A DNA stretch of 64,000 nucleotides, from contig JARLGK010000046.1 of NCBI GenBank assembly GCA_031296075.1, positions 13,274-77,273 of the forward strand, read 5' to 3'. The position numbers and the translations under genes were made by a program. The DNA is from Candidatus Acidiferrales bacterium. GTDB taxonomy: Bacteria > Acidobacteriota > Terriglobia > Acidiferrales > UBA7541. The notes below the pieces were generated by a model, which saw only the letters and a program-made list of their open reading frames with translations, did no database searches and was not told the DNA's origin. Shown here piece after piece: positions 43,078-53,431 of the stretch (the first letter of the stretch is position 1; each line of letters starts with the position of its first letter).

Positions 43078-45591
43078 ATGGATATAATGAGGGGCTTACC
43101 AAAGTTGATTCCACTCGTCGGAGAAGGAATGACTCAGCCGTCCCAACATCAAGGACACGCATCCGCGGCCATTTGGTGCGCACTGCTTCTGGCGGCAGCT
43201 TTGGCGATTCCATCCGCCGGCCGCGCGGACGAGCCTTACGCTCGCACCCGCGATTACGATCTGCAAGACATCCGCACGCATTTGTGGTTCGACATCGAGC
43301 AGCGCCAGGTGCGGGGCGAGGTGACCGAGAGCGTCGCGGCGCTGCGTGACAACGTCGCTGAACTCAAGTTGGATTCGGTGGGTCTGACGATTGAGAGCGT
43401 GATGGTGGACGGCCGGACGGCCAAGTTCTCAGTGACACCGAACAAACTCGTGGTGACCCTCGACCGTCCCGCGACGCGCGGGGAGCGGCACGAAATCTTC
43501 ATTCATTACCGGGGCCAGCCGAAAAAGGGCCTCTATTTTGTCCTCCCCGACAAGAATTATCCGGAGCAACCCACGGAAATCTGGACGCAAGGCGAAGCCG
43601 AGGACACGCGCTACTACATCCCGCTCTACGATTACCCGAACGACCGCACCACGTCGGAGATGCTATTGACCGTCCCCGCCGCGTGGATCACCGTGTCAAA
43701 CGGCCGGCTTGTGGGAGTCAAGGACGAGCCCGACGGCGCGAAAACGTGGGACTGGAAGCAGTCAGAACCGCTCTCCACGTATCTGATTTCCATGGTCGCG
43801 GGTGAATTTGTGGAACGCGACGACTCCTGGCACGGGATTCAACTGCGCTATGTGGTGCCTCGCGGCCAGGAATCAACCATCGAGCCAACTTTCAACCGCA
43901 CGAAGGAAATGCTCGATTATTTTTCCGGCAAGCTCGGCGTGCCTTATCCCTGGGCGCAGTATGCGCAGACGTCGGTGGACAACTTCGTCGAGACGGGAAT
44001 GGAGAACACGAGCGCGACAACACTGACCACCCACTCACTGGTGAACCCGAAACTCGCGCCGGAGGAACGCACCGGACCCGACGTAGTGAATTCGCACGAG
44101 TTGGCGCATCAATGGTTCGGTGATCTGATCACCTGCAAGGACTGGGCAAATCTTTGGCTGAACGAAGGTTTTGCCGACTACTTCCAATTCGTCTGGACCG
44201 AGCGGCGCTATGGCGCGGATGACGCCGATTTTGAATTCTGGCGCGACCAAAACCAATGGGTCCGGCAGACGCGGAACTATGCGATGCCGATCGTCAGCCG
44301 CGAATTCCAGGACTCGACCGAATATGAAGGCAACGTTTACGACAAGGCCGGCTGGGTCCTGCGGATGCTGCGGGAGAAGCTCGGAGATGATGATTTCTTT
44401 CGCGCCCTCCACCACTACCTGGAGGTGAACCGCGGGCAAAACGTGGTTACTGCCGATCTGCAGAAGGCGATCGAGCAGGCCACGTCGGTGAACGTGGACA
44501 AATTTTTCGATCAATGGGTGTATGGAGCAGGAGCCCCGAAATTCAGAGTGAGTTACACCTACGATCCGGCCGCGCGCGAGCTGAAATTCACCGTGGAGCA
44601 GACGCAGAAGATCGAAGGGCATGTCAGCCTATTCGATGTGCCGGTCGAAGTGGAAATCGCCACCGCGAATGGCCGCGAGACACATTCGATCGAAGTCAGC
44701 GAAGCCAGCCAGACGTTTACTTTCCCGGCTGATAGCGCCCCGCAGATGGTGATTTTCGACAAAGGCGACAGAATTCTGAAAACCGTCGATTTCAAGAAAG
44801 ATGCGACGCTGCTGAGCTATCAACTAAAGAACGCAGAGACAACTCCGGACCGCGCGGAAGCCGCGGTGGCTCTGGGCAACGTGCACGACGATCCGAACGC
44901 CGTCGCCGCTCTCGGCAATGCGGCACAGCACGATCCCTTCTGGGGAGTGCGCGTGGAGGCCCTGCAGGGGCTGGGCAGGATCGGCGGCGCGGAGGCGGAA
45001 AAATATGTGCTCGCCGAGGCGAGCGACCCGACGCCGTGGGTGCGCGACGAGGCCGTGCGCGAGTTGGGGACTTTCAAGAATGACGTGACGCTGCCTGCCA
45101 GGCTTTCGAATATTGCCGCCACCGACCCGGCCTATCGCGTGCGAACGGCGGCGCTCGGCGCCCTCGCGACAATCAAGTCACCGAACGCTTTCGACATACT
45201 TTCCGCCGCAGCCAAATCGGATTCCCCCGACGACACGATTCGCGAGGCATCGCTCCGCGCGCTCGGCAGGCTCGGCGATGTCCGCGCCGTCCCCCTATTG
45301 ACGGGTTGGAGCGTGGTTGGCAAACCGATGAGTACGCGACAGGCGGCGATCGGTGCGCTCGCGGGGCTCGATAAGACCAACAAGGACATTACGCGCCTGC
45401 TGATCTCCTATCTCAGCGAGCCATATTTTGAGGCGAGGCTTTCGGCGATCTTTGCTCTCGGCGAGCGCGGCGACGCGGACGCCATCGCCCCGCTGGAAGA
45501 AATGCTGAAAAACAGCGAGCTCACGCAGGCGATCGGACCCTACATCGAATTGTCTCTACGCTTATTGAAAGCGCAGCCAGCCGCAAAGTAA
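43078..45591 (+). CDS. M1-family zinc aminopeptidase (aminopeptidase N-like), secreted, with C-terminal HEAT-repeat region
   Basis: GMENTSA exopeptidase motif. HELAHQWFGDLITCKDWANLWLNEGFADY (HExxH-18-E). C-terminal repeats PWVRDEAVRELG / YRVRTAALGALA / DTIREASLRALG. The start could be Met18 (43129). Confidence 0.88.
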   Translation: MDIMRGLPKLIPLVGEGMTQPSQHQGHASAAIWCALLLAAALAIPSAGRADEPYARTRDYDLQDIRTHLWFDIEQRQVRGEVTESVAALRDNVAELKLDSVGLTIESVMVDGRTAKFSVTPNKLVVTLDRPATRGERHEIFIHYRGQPKKGLYFVLPDKNYPEQPTEIWTQGEAEDTRYYIPLYDYPNDRTTSEMLLTVPAAWITVSNGRLVGVKDEPDGAKTWDWKQSEPLSTYLISMVAGEFVERDDSWHGIQLRYVVPRGQESTIEPTFNRTKEMLDYFSGKLGVPYPWAQYAQTSVDNFVETGMENTSATTLTTHSLVNPKLAPEERTGPDVVNSHELAHQWFGDLITCKDWANLWLNEGFADYFQFVWTERRYGADDADFEFWRDQNQWVRQTRNYAMPIVSREFQDSTEYEGNVYDKAGWVLRMLREKLGDDDFFRALHHYLEVNRGQNVVTADLQKAIEQATSVNVDKFFDQWVYGAGAPKFRVSYTYDPAARELKFTVEQTQKIEGHVSLFDVPVEVEIATANGRETHSIEVSEASQTFTFPADSAPQMVIFDKGDRILKTVDFKKDATLLSYQLKNAETTPDRAEAAVALGNVHDDPNAVAALGNAAQHDPFWGVRVEALQGLGRIGGAEAEKYVLAEASDPTPWVRDEAVRELGTFKNDVTLPARLSNIAATDPAYRVRTAALGALATIKSPNAFDILSAAAKSDSPDDTIREASLRALGRLGDVRAVPLLTGWSVVGKPMSTRQAAIGALAGLDKTNKDITRLLISYLSEPYFEARLSAIFALGERGDADAIAPLEEMLKNSELTQAIGPYIELSLRLLKAQPAAK

Positions 45592-46908
45592 CTACGATGG
45601 CGCGCCCGGCTCCACCAGAAGTATTCGCAAATCGCGCAGATTGTTGCCGGTCGGTCCGGTAACAATGGCATCGCCCAGCCGGTCAAAGAAACTCGCGGAG
45701 TCGCTGCGCCGCAAAAAGTCGCCCGGGTCAAGGCCCGCGGCCCGGGATCGCTCGAGAGTCTCGCCATCCGCCACCGCGCCCGCCGCGATGCTGTTTCCGT
45801 CGATTCCGTCGGTCCCGGCACTCAGCACCACAATCCCTCTTCCAGCGATCTTTGCGACGCAGGTGAGAACGAAGGCCGAGTTGCGTCCACCAATTCCATT
45901 GCCGACGACGGGACTGCTCAGTTCGCCATCGCACAGAACCGCCACGTGCCGATTCGGATTTGCTTTCGCATGAGCCGCGAGCTGCTCGAGCAGATAGTCC
46001 ACAGCTTTCTCAACCGGCCAGTTGTCCGTCGAATCGTCGCAGACGCACAGGTAGCCCTCCGCCTCGCACGCGTGATGCGCGGCGTGGAGCAGCTCATGCG
46101 CGCCCAGCAGAAGGGCGAAATGGGAACGCGCAAAGGCGGAATCGCCGGCCTTCGGCGTCTCGCCGAGCGTGTGATTCTCGAACGCAGCGCGGAGCGACGC
46201 GGGAAGCTTTTCGATGAGCTTGTACTCGCGGGCGATACGCTCGGCGTCGCGAATGGTGGTCGGGTCCGGAAGTGTTGGTCCCGACGCCAGCGCGGATTCC
46301 TGCCCTTGCGGCACGTCGCTGATGGCCAACGTGAGTTTCATGGAACGCGGCGCGGCGGCGGCCAGGCGCCCGCCTTTCGTGGCAGACAGATGCTTGCGGA
46401 TGGCGCTGATTTCGTCGATCGGCGCGCCGCAAGTGACCAGCGCCGCATGTAGCCGATCGAAATCCGCCAGCGTCACGGAAGGATCGAGCGGCTGTTCGAC
46501 CAGCGAAGAACCACCGCCGGAAATCAAAAAGAAGATCAGGGTGCGCTCGTCGCAGCGTTTCAGGCGGTCAAGAATTGCCCGGCCCGCCGCAAAGCTGCTC
46601 TCGTTGGGCACGGGATGACCGCCCCGGAAGACTTGCCATCCAGGCAGCTGGACCGACACAGCCGCGGGAACCACGAGAATTCCTCCGGGCGCGAATTCCG
46701 GACCGAGGACGCGGACCAGACCCTGGGCCATGGCATACGAGGCTTTTCCGTACGCGATGGCCACGATGGATTTGAACTCGCGGAGGTCGATTGAATTAGT
46801 GCCGGCGCGAATGGACGAAGCGCTGCGAGCGAGCTTTCGTTCGATCGTCGCGGGAATGTCAATCGCCGCGAGAGTCTCTCGAAAAATGCGCTGGGCCGCC
46901 TGCTTCAC
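45592..46908 (-). CDS. Glycerate 2-kinase / hydroxypyruvate-reductase-like MOFRL-family protein (DUF4147 + MOFRL)
   Basis: ..IVAIAYGKASYAMAQG.., LIFFLISGGGSSL, ..VLSAGTDGIDGNSIAAGAV.. are characteristic of the TtuD/GckA-type glycerate kinase family. Confidence 0.8.
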   Translation of the reverse strand: MKQAAQRIFRETLAAIDIPATIERKLARSASSIRAGTNSIDLREFKSIVAIAYGKASYAMAQGLVRVLGPEFAPGGILVVPAAVSVQLPGWQVFRGGHPVPNESSFAAGRAILDRLKRCDERTLIFFLISGGGSSLVEQPLDPSVTLADFDRLHAALVTCGAPIDEISAIRKHLSATKGGRLAAAAPRSMKLTLAISDVPQGQESALASGPTLPDPTTIRDAERIAREYKLIEKLPASLRAAFENHTLGETPKAGDSAFARSHFALLLGAHELLHAAHHACEAEGYLCVCDDSTDNWPVEKAVDYLLEQLAAHAKANPNRHVAVLCDGELSSPVVGNGIGGRNSAFVLTCVAKIAGRGIVVLSAGTDGIDGNSIAAGAVADGETLERSRAAGLDPGDFLRRSDSASFFDRLGDAIVTGPTGNNLRDLRILLVEPGAPS

Positions 46909-47339
46909 GCCTTCTCAATCGCGTTGGCGCCCGCGCGCGCCACGTCGACGTCTTGATCTTCCGTTCCCGCGCTTGCGCCGACCGCTCCGATTACTTGGCC
47001 ATCCACGACCAGCGGCACTCCGCCACGAATTGGCGTCACACCAGACGGACTCGCAATCGCCAGGCCCAATGCGAGCGGCAGATTCACTTGGTCGCCCGCC
47101 ATCGGGGGACCCGTGGGCCCGCGCCGCAATGCAGCGGCCTGCGCCTTGACCATTGAAATCGCGATGGACGATGGTCTCGCACCGTCCATCCGTTCAAAGA
47201 CGAGCAGATGGCCTCCGTCATCTACGACGGCGACGTCCATCGGCACGCGAATTTCCTCGGCGCGCCGCTGGGCTGCGGCAAGCACGGCGCGTGCACCTTC
47301 GAGCGTTAGTTTCGGATGATTGCGGGTGACAAGTGCCAT
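46905..47339 (-). CDS. GlcG/HbpS-like (DUF336) haem-degrading-domain protein
   Basis: LTLEGARAVLAAAQRRAEEIRVPMDVAVVDDGGHLLVFERMDGARPSSIAISMVKAQAAA.. and ..PIRGGVPLVVDGQVIGAVGASAGTEDQD. ATG at 47339 lies 7 nt after GGAGGG. Confidence 0.8.
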   Translation of the reverse strand: MALVTRNHPKLTLEGARAVLAAAQRRAEEIRVPMDVAVVDDGGHLLVFERMDGARPSSIAISMVKAQAAALRRGPTGPPMAGDQVNLPLALGLAIASPSGVTPIRGGVPLVVDGQVIGAVGASAGTEDQDVDVARAGANAIEKA

Positions 47340-47357
47340 TTCGGATCCCTCCATGAG

Positions 47358-48338
47358 TCAGAGGCCTAGCGCGTCCGCATTCAGAGCGTTCGGCGGACGG
47401 CGGCCTTCGAATACTGCAGCGGCGTTGGTTGCCGCCACCACAGCCATATTGGTGCGGGTATCAATCGTGGCGCTGGCGATGTGCGGCGCGAGGATCACAT
47501 CCTTGCGCGCGATTAGCGCCGGGTTGACCTTCGGCTCATGTTCGTAAACGTCGAGTGCCGCGCCGGCGATTTTCTTTTCCTCGAGTGCAGCGGCAAGCGC
47601 CGCTTCATCCACCACCGGCCCGCGCGAGGTGTTGATGAGATACGCGGTGCGCTTCATTTTATCGAACGCCGCGGCTGAAAGCAGGTGGCGCGTCTCGGGA
47701 AGCAGCGGGACGTGCAGCGAGACGAAGTCGGATTCGCCGAGCAGCTGGTCGAGGCCGGCAAACTCGGCGCGCAATTCCCTTTCGACCTCGAGCGCCGCGC
47801 GATTCGCATCGTGGTAGAGCACGCGCATCTGAAAACCCTGCGCGCGGCGGGCCAGGCCGCGGCCGATCCGGCCGAATCCGACAATGCCGAGGGTCTTGCC
47901 CCAAACGTCGCCGCCGAGAAGCTGATCGAGATCCCATCCCGGCCAGGTGCCTGAGCGCATCCACGCATCACCCTCGACGAGCCGCCGCGCGACCGCCATC
48001 AGCAGCGTCCACGCGAAATCGGCGGTCGTCTCATCGAGCACGCCCGGAGTGTTCGCGGCCACGACTTTGTGGCGCGTGCAGGCCGGGACATCGATATTGT
48101 CGTAGCCAACCGAGACCGTGGCGGCTACGCGAAGCTTCGGCGAGGCTGCGAGCAGTTCTTCATCCACTTTTTCGGTGAGCAAGCAGACCAGCGCGTCCTT
48201 CTCCGCGACGCGCTTCAGCAGCTCCGCGCGCGGGATGCGCTCAGGCGGCATCCAATATTCGGCGTCGAAATGATGGTCGAGGATCGCACGCGCCGCGGGG
48301 AACAGCGGCCGCGTCACAAGGGCTTTTGGCTTGCTCAC
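47358..48338 (-). CDS. D-isomer-specific 2-hydroxyacid dehydrogenase (glyoxylate/hydroxypyruvate reductase type)
   Basis: KALVTRPLFP.., GKTLGIVGFGRIGRGLARRA NAD motif, ..LINTSRGPVVDE.., ..ILAPHIASAT. GTG at 48338 with GAGAGG RBS. The long upstream ORF extension has no homology-like features. Confidence 0.85.
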   Translation of the reverse strand: MSKPKALVTRPLFPAARAILDHHFDAEYWMPPERIPRAELLKRVAEKDALVCLLTEKVDEELLAASPKLRVAATVSVGYDNIDVPACTRHKVVAANTPGVLDETTADFAWTLLMAVARRLVEGDAWMRSGTWPGWDLDQLLGGDVWGKTLGIVGFGRIGRGLARRAQGFQMRVLYHDANRAALEVERELRAEFAGLDQLLGESDFVSLHVPLLPETRHLLSAAAFDKMKRTAYLINTSRGPVVDEAALAAALEEKKIAGAALDVYEHEPKVNPALIARKDVILAPHIASATIDTRTNMAVVAATNAAAVFEGRRPPNALNADALGL

Positions 48339-48526
48339 CAAGTACCTCTCATAAGAAATGATTCTTTCCGGCCCAGTAGAATACACCAGTGGGCGCGGGT
48401 TCAAGCAGAGTGCGCCGAAGTCTCGACGCGGCCTCGATGCAGATGGCTGATGCGAGGCTCGTTGACGCTTGCCGCCGCGGGCGACTATAGTGGCCGCAGG
48501 CGCGAGTGACGCAGAGTTCCCGCGCG

Positions 48527-49966
48527 ATGCCAATGGATTCGCGACTCCTCCATGACCTCAAGAAGCTTCTGGGCCCGCGCGGCGTCCTGCACGAACCCGA
48601 GGACTTGATGTTGTATGAGTACGACGGCTCTGTCGAGGTAGCGCGGCCTGATTGTGTGGTCTTCCCTCGCGCGACCGCGGAGGTCGTCGAAATCGTCCGG
48701 CTCGCGAGTCGTCACAAAGTTCCGCTGGTTGGGCGCGGCACGGGAACCGGCCTATCAGGCGGCGCGATTGCCCGCCACGGCGGTATCATCACGTCCTTTG
48801 CGCGGATGAACCGCATCGTCGAGATCGACGCCGAAAACCAGCGCGCGACGGTCCAACCCGGCGTGGTGAATTCCGACCTGAGCGTGGCGGTCGAGCATCT
48901 CGGCCTTCATTTTGCGCCGGATCCCTCGAGCCAGAAGGCCTGCACGATCGGCGGGAATGTTTCCGAAAACTCCGGCGGGCCGCACACGCTTGCCTACGGC
49001 GTGACGGTGAATCATGTCCTCTCGCTTGAAATCGTGTTGCCGAGCGGCGAGCTGATGCGTCTCGGCAGCCCGGCGCTGGACCCGCCCGGCTACGATCTCA
49101 CGGGCCTTTTCGTCGGCTCCGAGGGAACGTTCGGCCTGGTCACGGAAATCACCGTGAAGCTCACGCGGAATCCGGAAGCGGTCAAGACTTTGCTCGCCGT
49201 CTTTGACTCCGTTGACGACGCCACCGAAACGGTCGCCGAGATTACCGCGCGCGGAATCACGCCGGCGGCGTGCGAAATGCTCGATGGCTGGACCATTCGC
49301 GCGGTCGAGGATTACGTTCACGCGGGATTCCCGCTCGATTGCGCGGCGATATTGCTGATCGAAGTGGACGGGCTGCGCGAAGTGGCCGAAGCGGAGGCGA
49401 AGGACGTCGCGGACGTTTGCGCATTGCATCACGCGCGGGAAGTGCGCGTGGCCCGCGACGCGCGCGAACGCGACCTGCTGTGGAAGGGCCGCAAGAACGC
49501 GTTTGGCGCGGCGGGCCGGCTGGCGCCGAGCTACTACACACAGGACGGCGTGATTCCGCGAACGAAACTTCCGGCCACGCTGCGGGGCATCGGCGAGATC
49601 AGCAAGAAATATGGGCTGCAGATCGGCAACGTGTTCCACGCGGGCGACGGCAACCTACACCCCATCATTCTTTTCGACGAGCGCAACGAACAGCAATTCC
49701 GCGACACGATTCGCGCGGGCGATGAAATCATCGAATTCTGCATCCAGATGGGCGGCTCGATCACCGGCGAGCACGGAGTCGGAATGGAAAAAGACCGGCT
49801 GATGCCGCTGCTCTTCAGCGAAGCCGATCTCGACCTGATGCGGCGCGTCCGCGACGTTTTCAATCCGACGGGCATGCTCAATCCGGGCAAGATTCTCCCT
49901 ATCTCCAAAGGCTGCGGCGAAATTTACGTGCGCCCACGCCCGGCATTGGCCCCGCCCTCCGCATGA
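48527..49966 (+). CDS. glcD: Glycolate oxidase subunit GlcD (FAD-linked oxidase)
   Basis: VVFPRATAEVVEIVRLASRHKVPLVGRGTGTGLSGGA FAD-binding PCMH domain. C-terminal ..ITGEHGVGMEKDRLM..FNPTGMLNPGKI. Followed by glcE and glcF with ATGA overlap. Confidence 0.9.
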   Translation: MPMDSRLLHDLKKLLGPRGVLHEPEDLMLYEYDGSVEVARPDCVVFPRATAEVVEIVRLASRHKVPLVGRGTGTGLSGGAIARHGGIITSFARMNRIVEIDAENQRATVQPGVVNSDLSVAVEHLGLHFAPDPSSQKACTIGGNVSENSGGPHTLAYGVTVNHVLSLEIVLPSGELMRLGSPALDPPGYDLTGLFVGSEGTFGLVTEITVKLTRNPEAVKTLLAVFDSVDDATETVAEITARGITPAACEMLDGWTIRAVEDYVHAGFPLDCAAILLIEVDGLREVAEAEAKDVADVCALHHAREVRVARDARERDLLWKGRKNAFGAAGRLAPSYYTQDGVIPRTKLPATLRGIGEISKKYGLQIGNVFHAGDGNLHPIILFDERNEQQFRDTIRAGDEIIEFCIQMGGSITGEHGVGMEKDRLMPLLFSEADLDLMRRVRDVFNPTGMLNPGKILPISKGCGEIYVRPRPALAPPSA

Positions 49967-51336
49967 ACGTCAGTAACGCCATGGTTCTTTCGCGACTGGC
50001 AGAGCTTGCCGGCCCTTCCCACGTGACGAACGATCCGGCGGAAATCGCCACGTATCAAATTGACGGCAAGTCGCCTGCGGCGGTGGTGCGTCCTGCCTCC
50101 AGCGAAGAAGTCGCGGAGATCGTGAAATTCGCGGCGGCCGAAAAGCTCGCGATTGTTCCCACGGGTGCACGGACGAAACTCGGGATCGGAATGCCGCCCC
50201 GACAATTCGATCTCGCGCTCGATATGACGCGCATGGATCGCATCGTCGCCTACGATCCGGGCGATCTCACACTCAGCGTCGAGCCGGGAATCCCGCTGCA
50301 CAAGATTGCCGGCACGCTCGCGGAACACCGGCAATTTCTGCCGCTCGCCGTTCCGTTCATGGATCGCGCGACCGCGGGCGGCACAATTGCGTCCGGCGTG
50401 GATTCCCCGCTGCGGCAAATCTACGGCACGGCGCGAGACTTCGTCCTGGGAATGGAGTTCATCACCGGCGAAGGAATCGCGGCGAAGAGCGGCGGGCGCG
50501 TGGTGAAGAATGTCGCGGGATACGACATGCACAAACTGATGATCGGGGCGCTCGGTACGCTCGGGGTCATCACCAAGGTCAATTTTCGGACGTTTCCGCT
50601 ACCGCGAGCGGCTCGGACATGCGTGGCAACGTTTCGCGGGCCAACCGCGGCGTGTGAGTTCAGGCACGGCATCGCTCGATCGGCGCTTCGTCCGCAGAGC
50701 GTCGAGATCCTCGCGGCGGGCGCGGGATGCGATCCTTTGCTCGGCCGGCGCGCGGCGGTTTCGTTCGAGGATGATCGCTGGTCGGTCGTGGTTTCATTCG
50801 CGGGCGACGAGCCGGTTCTCGACCGCACCCGGCGCGAATTGCAGGGGCTCGCGCGGGGCATGAATCAGAACTCGCTCGAATCGTTTACGGAGCTGCGCGC
50901 GAACCTGGCGGAAAATGTGAACCGCTATATCGCCGACTTGCCCGCCGCGATCCTCGAGTACTCGCCGGCTGCGGCGATCTTCAAAGTGAGCGCGCTGCCG
51001 ATGGACATGGCGGGGCTTGCAGCCGACATTCATGGCATCGAGGTTCCGTGGCTGGTCATGATGCGCGGCCTCGGCGTGACGTATCTTGCCTTGCTGCCTC
51101 CCGACCGCAGCGAGGGATCGCTCCGCGTGTTGAAACAGGAGTGCGCGCGAATCTTCAGCCTTTCGGAGAGAGCGCCGTGGGGACGCAGCGTCCTGCTGTG
51201 GTGCCCGTCCGAATTGAAACGCGAAATCAACGTTTGGGGCGCGCCCTCGGGCGATTTCGCGCAGATGCAAAAGCTGAAAAGCGTGTTCGACCCGAGCGGC
51301 ATTCTGAGCCCCGGCCGATTCATGGGAGGGCTCTGA
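49963..51336 (+). CDS. glcE: Glycolate oxidase FAD-binding subunit GlcE
   Basis: AAVVRPASSEEVAEIVKFAAAEKLAIVPTGARTKLGIG.., GGRVVKNVAGYDMHKLMIGALGTLGVIT.., C-terminal KSVFDPSGILSPGRF. Confidence 0.85.
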   Translation: MNVSNAMVLSRLAELAGPSHVTNDPAEIATYQIDGKSPAAVVRPASSEEVAEIVKFAAAEKLAIVPTGARTKLGIGMPPRQFDLALDMTRMDRIVAYDPGDLTLSVEPGIPLHKIAGTLAEHRQFLPLAVPFMDRATAGGTIASGVDSPLRQIYGTARDFVLGMEFITGEGIAAKSGGRVVKNVAGYDMHKLMIGALGTLGVITKVNFRTFPLPRAARTCVATFRGPTAACEFRHGIARSALRPQSVEILAAGAGCDPLLGRRAAVSFEDDRWSVVVSFAGDEPVLDRTRRELQGLARGMNQNSLESFTELRANLAENVNRYIADLPAAILEYSPAAAIFKVSALPMDMAGLAADIHGIEVPWLVMMRGLGVTYLALLPPDRSEGSLRVLKQECARIFSLSERAPWGRSVLLWCPSELKREINVWGAPSGDFAQMQKLKSVFDPSGILSPGRFMGGL

Positions 51337-51339
51337 GGA

Positions 51340-52641
51340 ATGGCGGCCACCGGCCCAGTCAGCGGGTTCAGCGGCGCGGATAAGCCCGAATACGCGGACT
51401 ATTCGCGCTGCGTTCACTGCGGGCTTTGCCTGAATCATTGCCCCACGTATCGCCTGTGGGGCCAGGAAGCCGATTCACCGCGTGGGCGCATTCGCCAGAT
51501 GCAGCTGGTGGACGAGGGGCGGCTGGAGCTGGGCGAGGGGTTCGTCACGCACATCGATCGATGTCTCGACTGCCGCGCGTGCGAGACGGCGTGCCCGTCG
51601 GGCGTCGAATACGGCAAGCTGGTCGAAGTGGCGCGCGCGCAGATCGAGCAGCATTACCAGCGTTCGCTGGCTTCACGCGTCGCGCGCGATTTCGTATATC
51701 GCTGGCTGCTCCCGCATCCGCGACGAATTGCCGCGGCGGCGCGGGTGCTGCGCGTGTATCAGCGCACGGGGCTCGCCGCGTTCGCTCGCGGCACGGGTAT
51801 TCTGAAATTGCTCGGCTTGCAAGACCGCGAGCGCTTGCTTCCGAAAATCGATACCGACTTTTTCTTCGGCGACCTCGGAAGGACATTTCCTGCGAGAGGA
51901 CCGCGCCGCGCGCGAGTGGCATTCTTCGCGGGCTGCGTCGCACAGGTCACGTTCAGCGAACTCAATCGCGCCACAATTCGCGTCCTGCAGGCCAATGGCG
52001 GCGAAGTGGTTGTGCCAGCCGGGCAAACTTGCTGCGGAGCGCTGCCGGCACATGCGGGCGTGCGGGATGTGGCGCGCGATCTGGCGCGAGCGAATTTCGA
52101 AGCGTTCCCGGCAATCGATTTCGACGCGATCGTCACAAACGCTGCCGGCTGTGGGTCGACGCTCAAGGAGTATATGCACTTGTTCCCTGCCGCCGATCCC
52201 GCGCACGAGCAAGCCGCCCAGTTCACGATTAAGATACGCGACGTCAGCGAATTCCTGGCGGATCTGGGGCTGACGGCACCTCTGCGGGAGGTCCCGCTCC
52301 GCGTCACGTACCAGGATTCCTGCCATCTGGCCCACGGCCAGAAAATTCGCGAAGCCCCGCGAAAATTGATACGCGCCGTTCCGGGGGTGGAGTTGATTGA
52401 GATGAAACTGGCGGACCAGTGCTGCGGGTCGGCTGGCGTTTACAACGTGACGGAGACGGAAGCCTCGCTCGAACTGCTCGCCTTGAAGATGGATTCCGCG
52501 CGCGGAACGAAGGCACAGGCCATTGTGACGGCGAACCCGGGATGCATCCTGCAACTTCGAGCAGGCGCCGCGATTCACGACACGGGGCAGGAAGTGCTGC
52601 ATGTAGTCGAGTTGCTCGACCGCGCCCTTCAACGCGCCTAG
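51340..52641 (+). CDS. glcF: Glycolate oxidase iron-sulfur subunit GlcF
   Basis: Two ferredoxin-type clusters CVHCGLCLNHCP and CLDCRACETACP, then CCG-domain repeats (..CCGAL.., ..CCGSAGVYN..). Confidence 0.9.
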   Translation: MAATGPVSGFSGADKPEYADYSRCVHCGLCLNHCPTYRLWGQEADSPRGRIRQMQLVDEGRLELGEGFVTHIDRCLDCRACETACPSGVEYGKLVEVARAQIEQHYQRSLASRVARDFVYRWLLPHPRRIAAAARVLRVYQRTGLAAFARGTGILKLLGLQDRERLLPKIDTDFFFGDLGRTFPARGPRRARVAFFAGCVAQVTFSELNRATIRVLQANGGEVVVPAGQTCCGALPAHAGVRDVARDLARANFEAFPAIDFDAIVTNAAGCGSTLKEYMHLFPAADPAHEQAAQFTIKIRDVSEFLADLGLTAPLREVPLRVTYQDSCHLAHGQKIREAPRKLIRAVPGVELIEMKLADQCCGSAGVYNVTETEASLELLALKMDSARGTKAQAIVTANPGCILQLRAGAAIHDTGQEVLHVVELLDRALQRA

Positions 52642-53021
52642 CGAGAAGGACGCGCGCGGGGTTGGCCGAGCGGGGGAACCCACAGCTTCAGATCATCCGG
52701 TCGAGGATAAGATAGCGGGCGCTTGTCTTCGTAATCGACTATCTCGATTGAGCAAAGCAGGCCGTCGCGCACAAACAGCATAACGTCTAGCGCGGACCTG
52801 TATGCCTCGGCAGGTATTGGCTCACGGCAAACTGCGCGGACGGCCAATTCCTTGATGGCTAGATCCACCGTGCCGCAGCCACACTCGCACACCCCGACAA
52901 CTTCGGCGGACTCCAATTGCGACTTGAGTTCATCGCGGCCGGGAAATTCGGCCGACAGCAGAAATTCCGCAAGTACACGCTCTTCCTGGCTGAGTGGTCG
53001 GGGTTCAACGGCTCTCGGCAT
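52638..53021 (-). CDS. Hypothetical protein (127 aa), Cys-cluster CECGCG
   Basis: RPLSQEERVLAEFLLSAEFPGRDELKSQLESAEVVGVCECGCGTVDL..LLCSIEIVDYEDKRPLSYP. Looks like a conserved small domain, but I cannot name the family. Confidence 0.5.
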   Translation of the reverse strand: MPRAVEPRPLSQEERVLAEFLLSAEFPGRDELKSQLESAEVVGVCECGCGTVDLAIKELAVRAVCREPIPAEAYRSALDVMLFVRDGLLCSIEIVDYEDKRPLSYPRPDDLKLWVPPLGQPRARPSR

Positions 53022-53042
53022 AGGCGTTCTAACCTCACACTA

Positions 53043-53315
53043 CTATTCTCCGACGAGATAGCGGCAGCCCTTCGGCCCCATTTGCGCCGAGTGAACTGCT
53101 CCGGCGGGAACGTCGCAGCGGTCTCCCACTCGAAATGTTCGCGACTGGCCTTCCATCGTGAGGGTCATCTCCCCATCGAGGATGATGTGCGCCGTCTTGC
53201 CGTTGTGCGTGTGATCGGAGTAGAACGCCTGGGGACCATCCTGCCAAACGAACGTGTCCGCGAATCCCTCGGATACGAGCTGCCGCCGCAATTCGTTTTC
53301 GTTCGGTGGCGCCAT
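53043..53315 (-). CDS. Cupin-domain small protein
   Basis: 90 aa. YSDHTHNGKTAHIILDGEMTLTMEGQSRTFRVGDRCDVPAGAVHSAQMG follows the two-motif cupin pattern (H.H...... / G....P....H). Confidence 0.7.
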   Translation of the reverse strand: MAPPNENELRRQLVSEGFADTFVWQDGPQAFYSDHTHNGKTAHIILDGEMTLTMEGQSRTFRVGDRCDVPAGAVHSAQMGPKGCRYLVGE

Positions 53316-53431
53316 TTCGGTGACGGATTATAACAGGAGCGATTACGGCCAGTGCAGGAGGAGGGGCGCTTGCGGGCGGGGCGTGTTGGGATCTTCTGCC
53401 CGCAAGCACAACTCTACGTCGTGGGGTGAAC

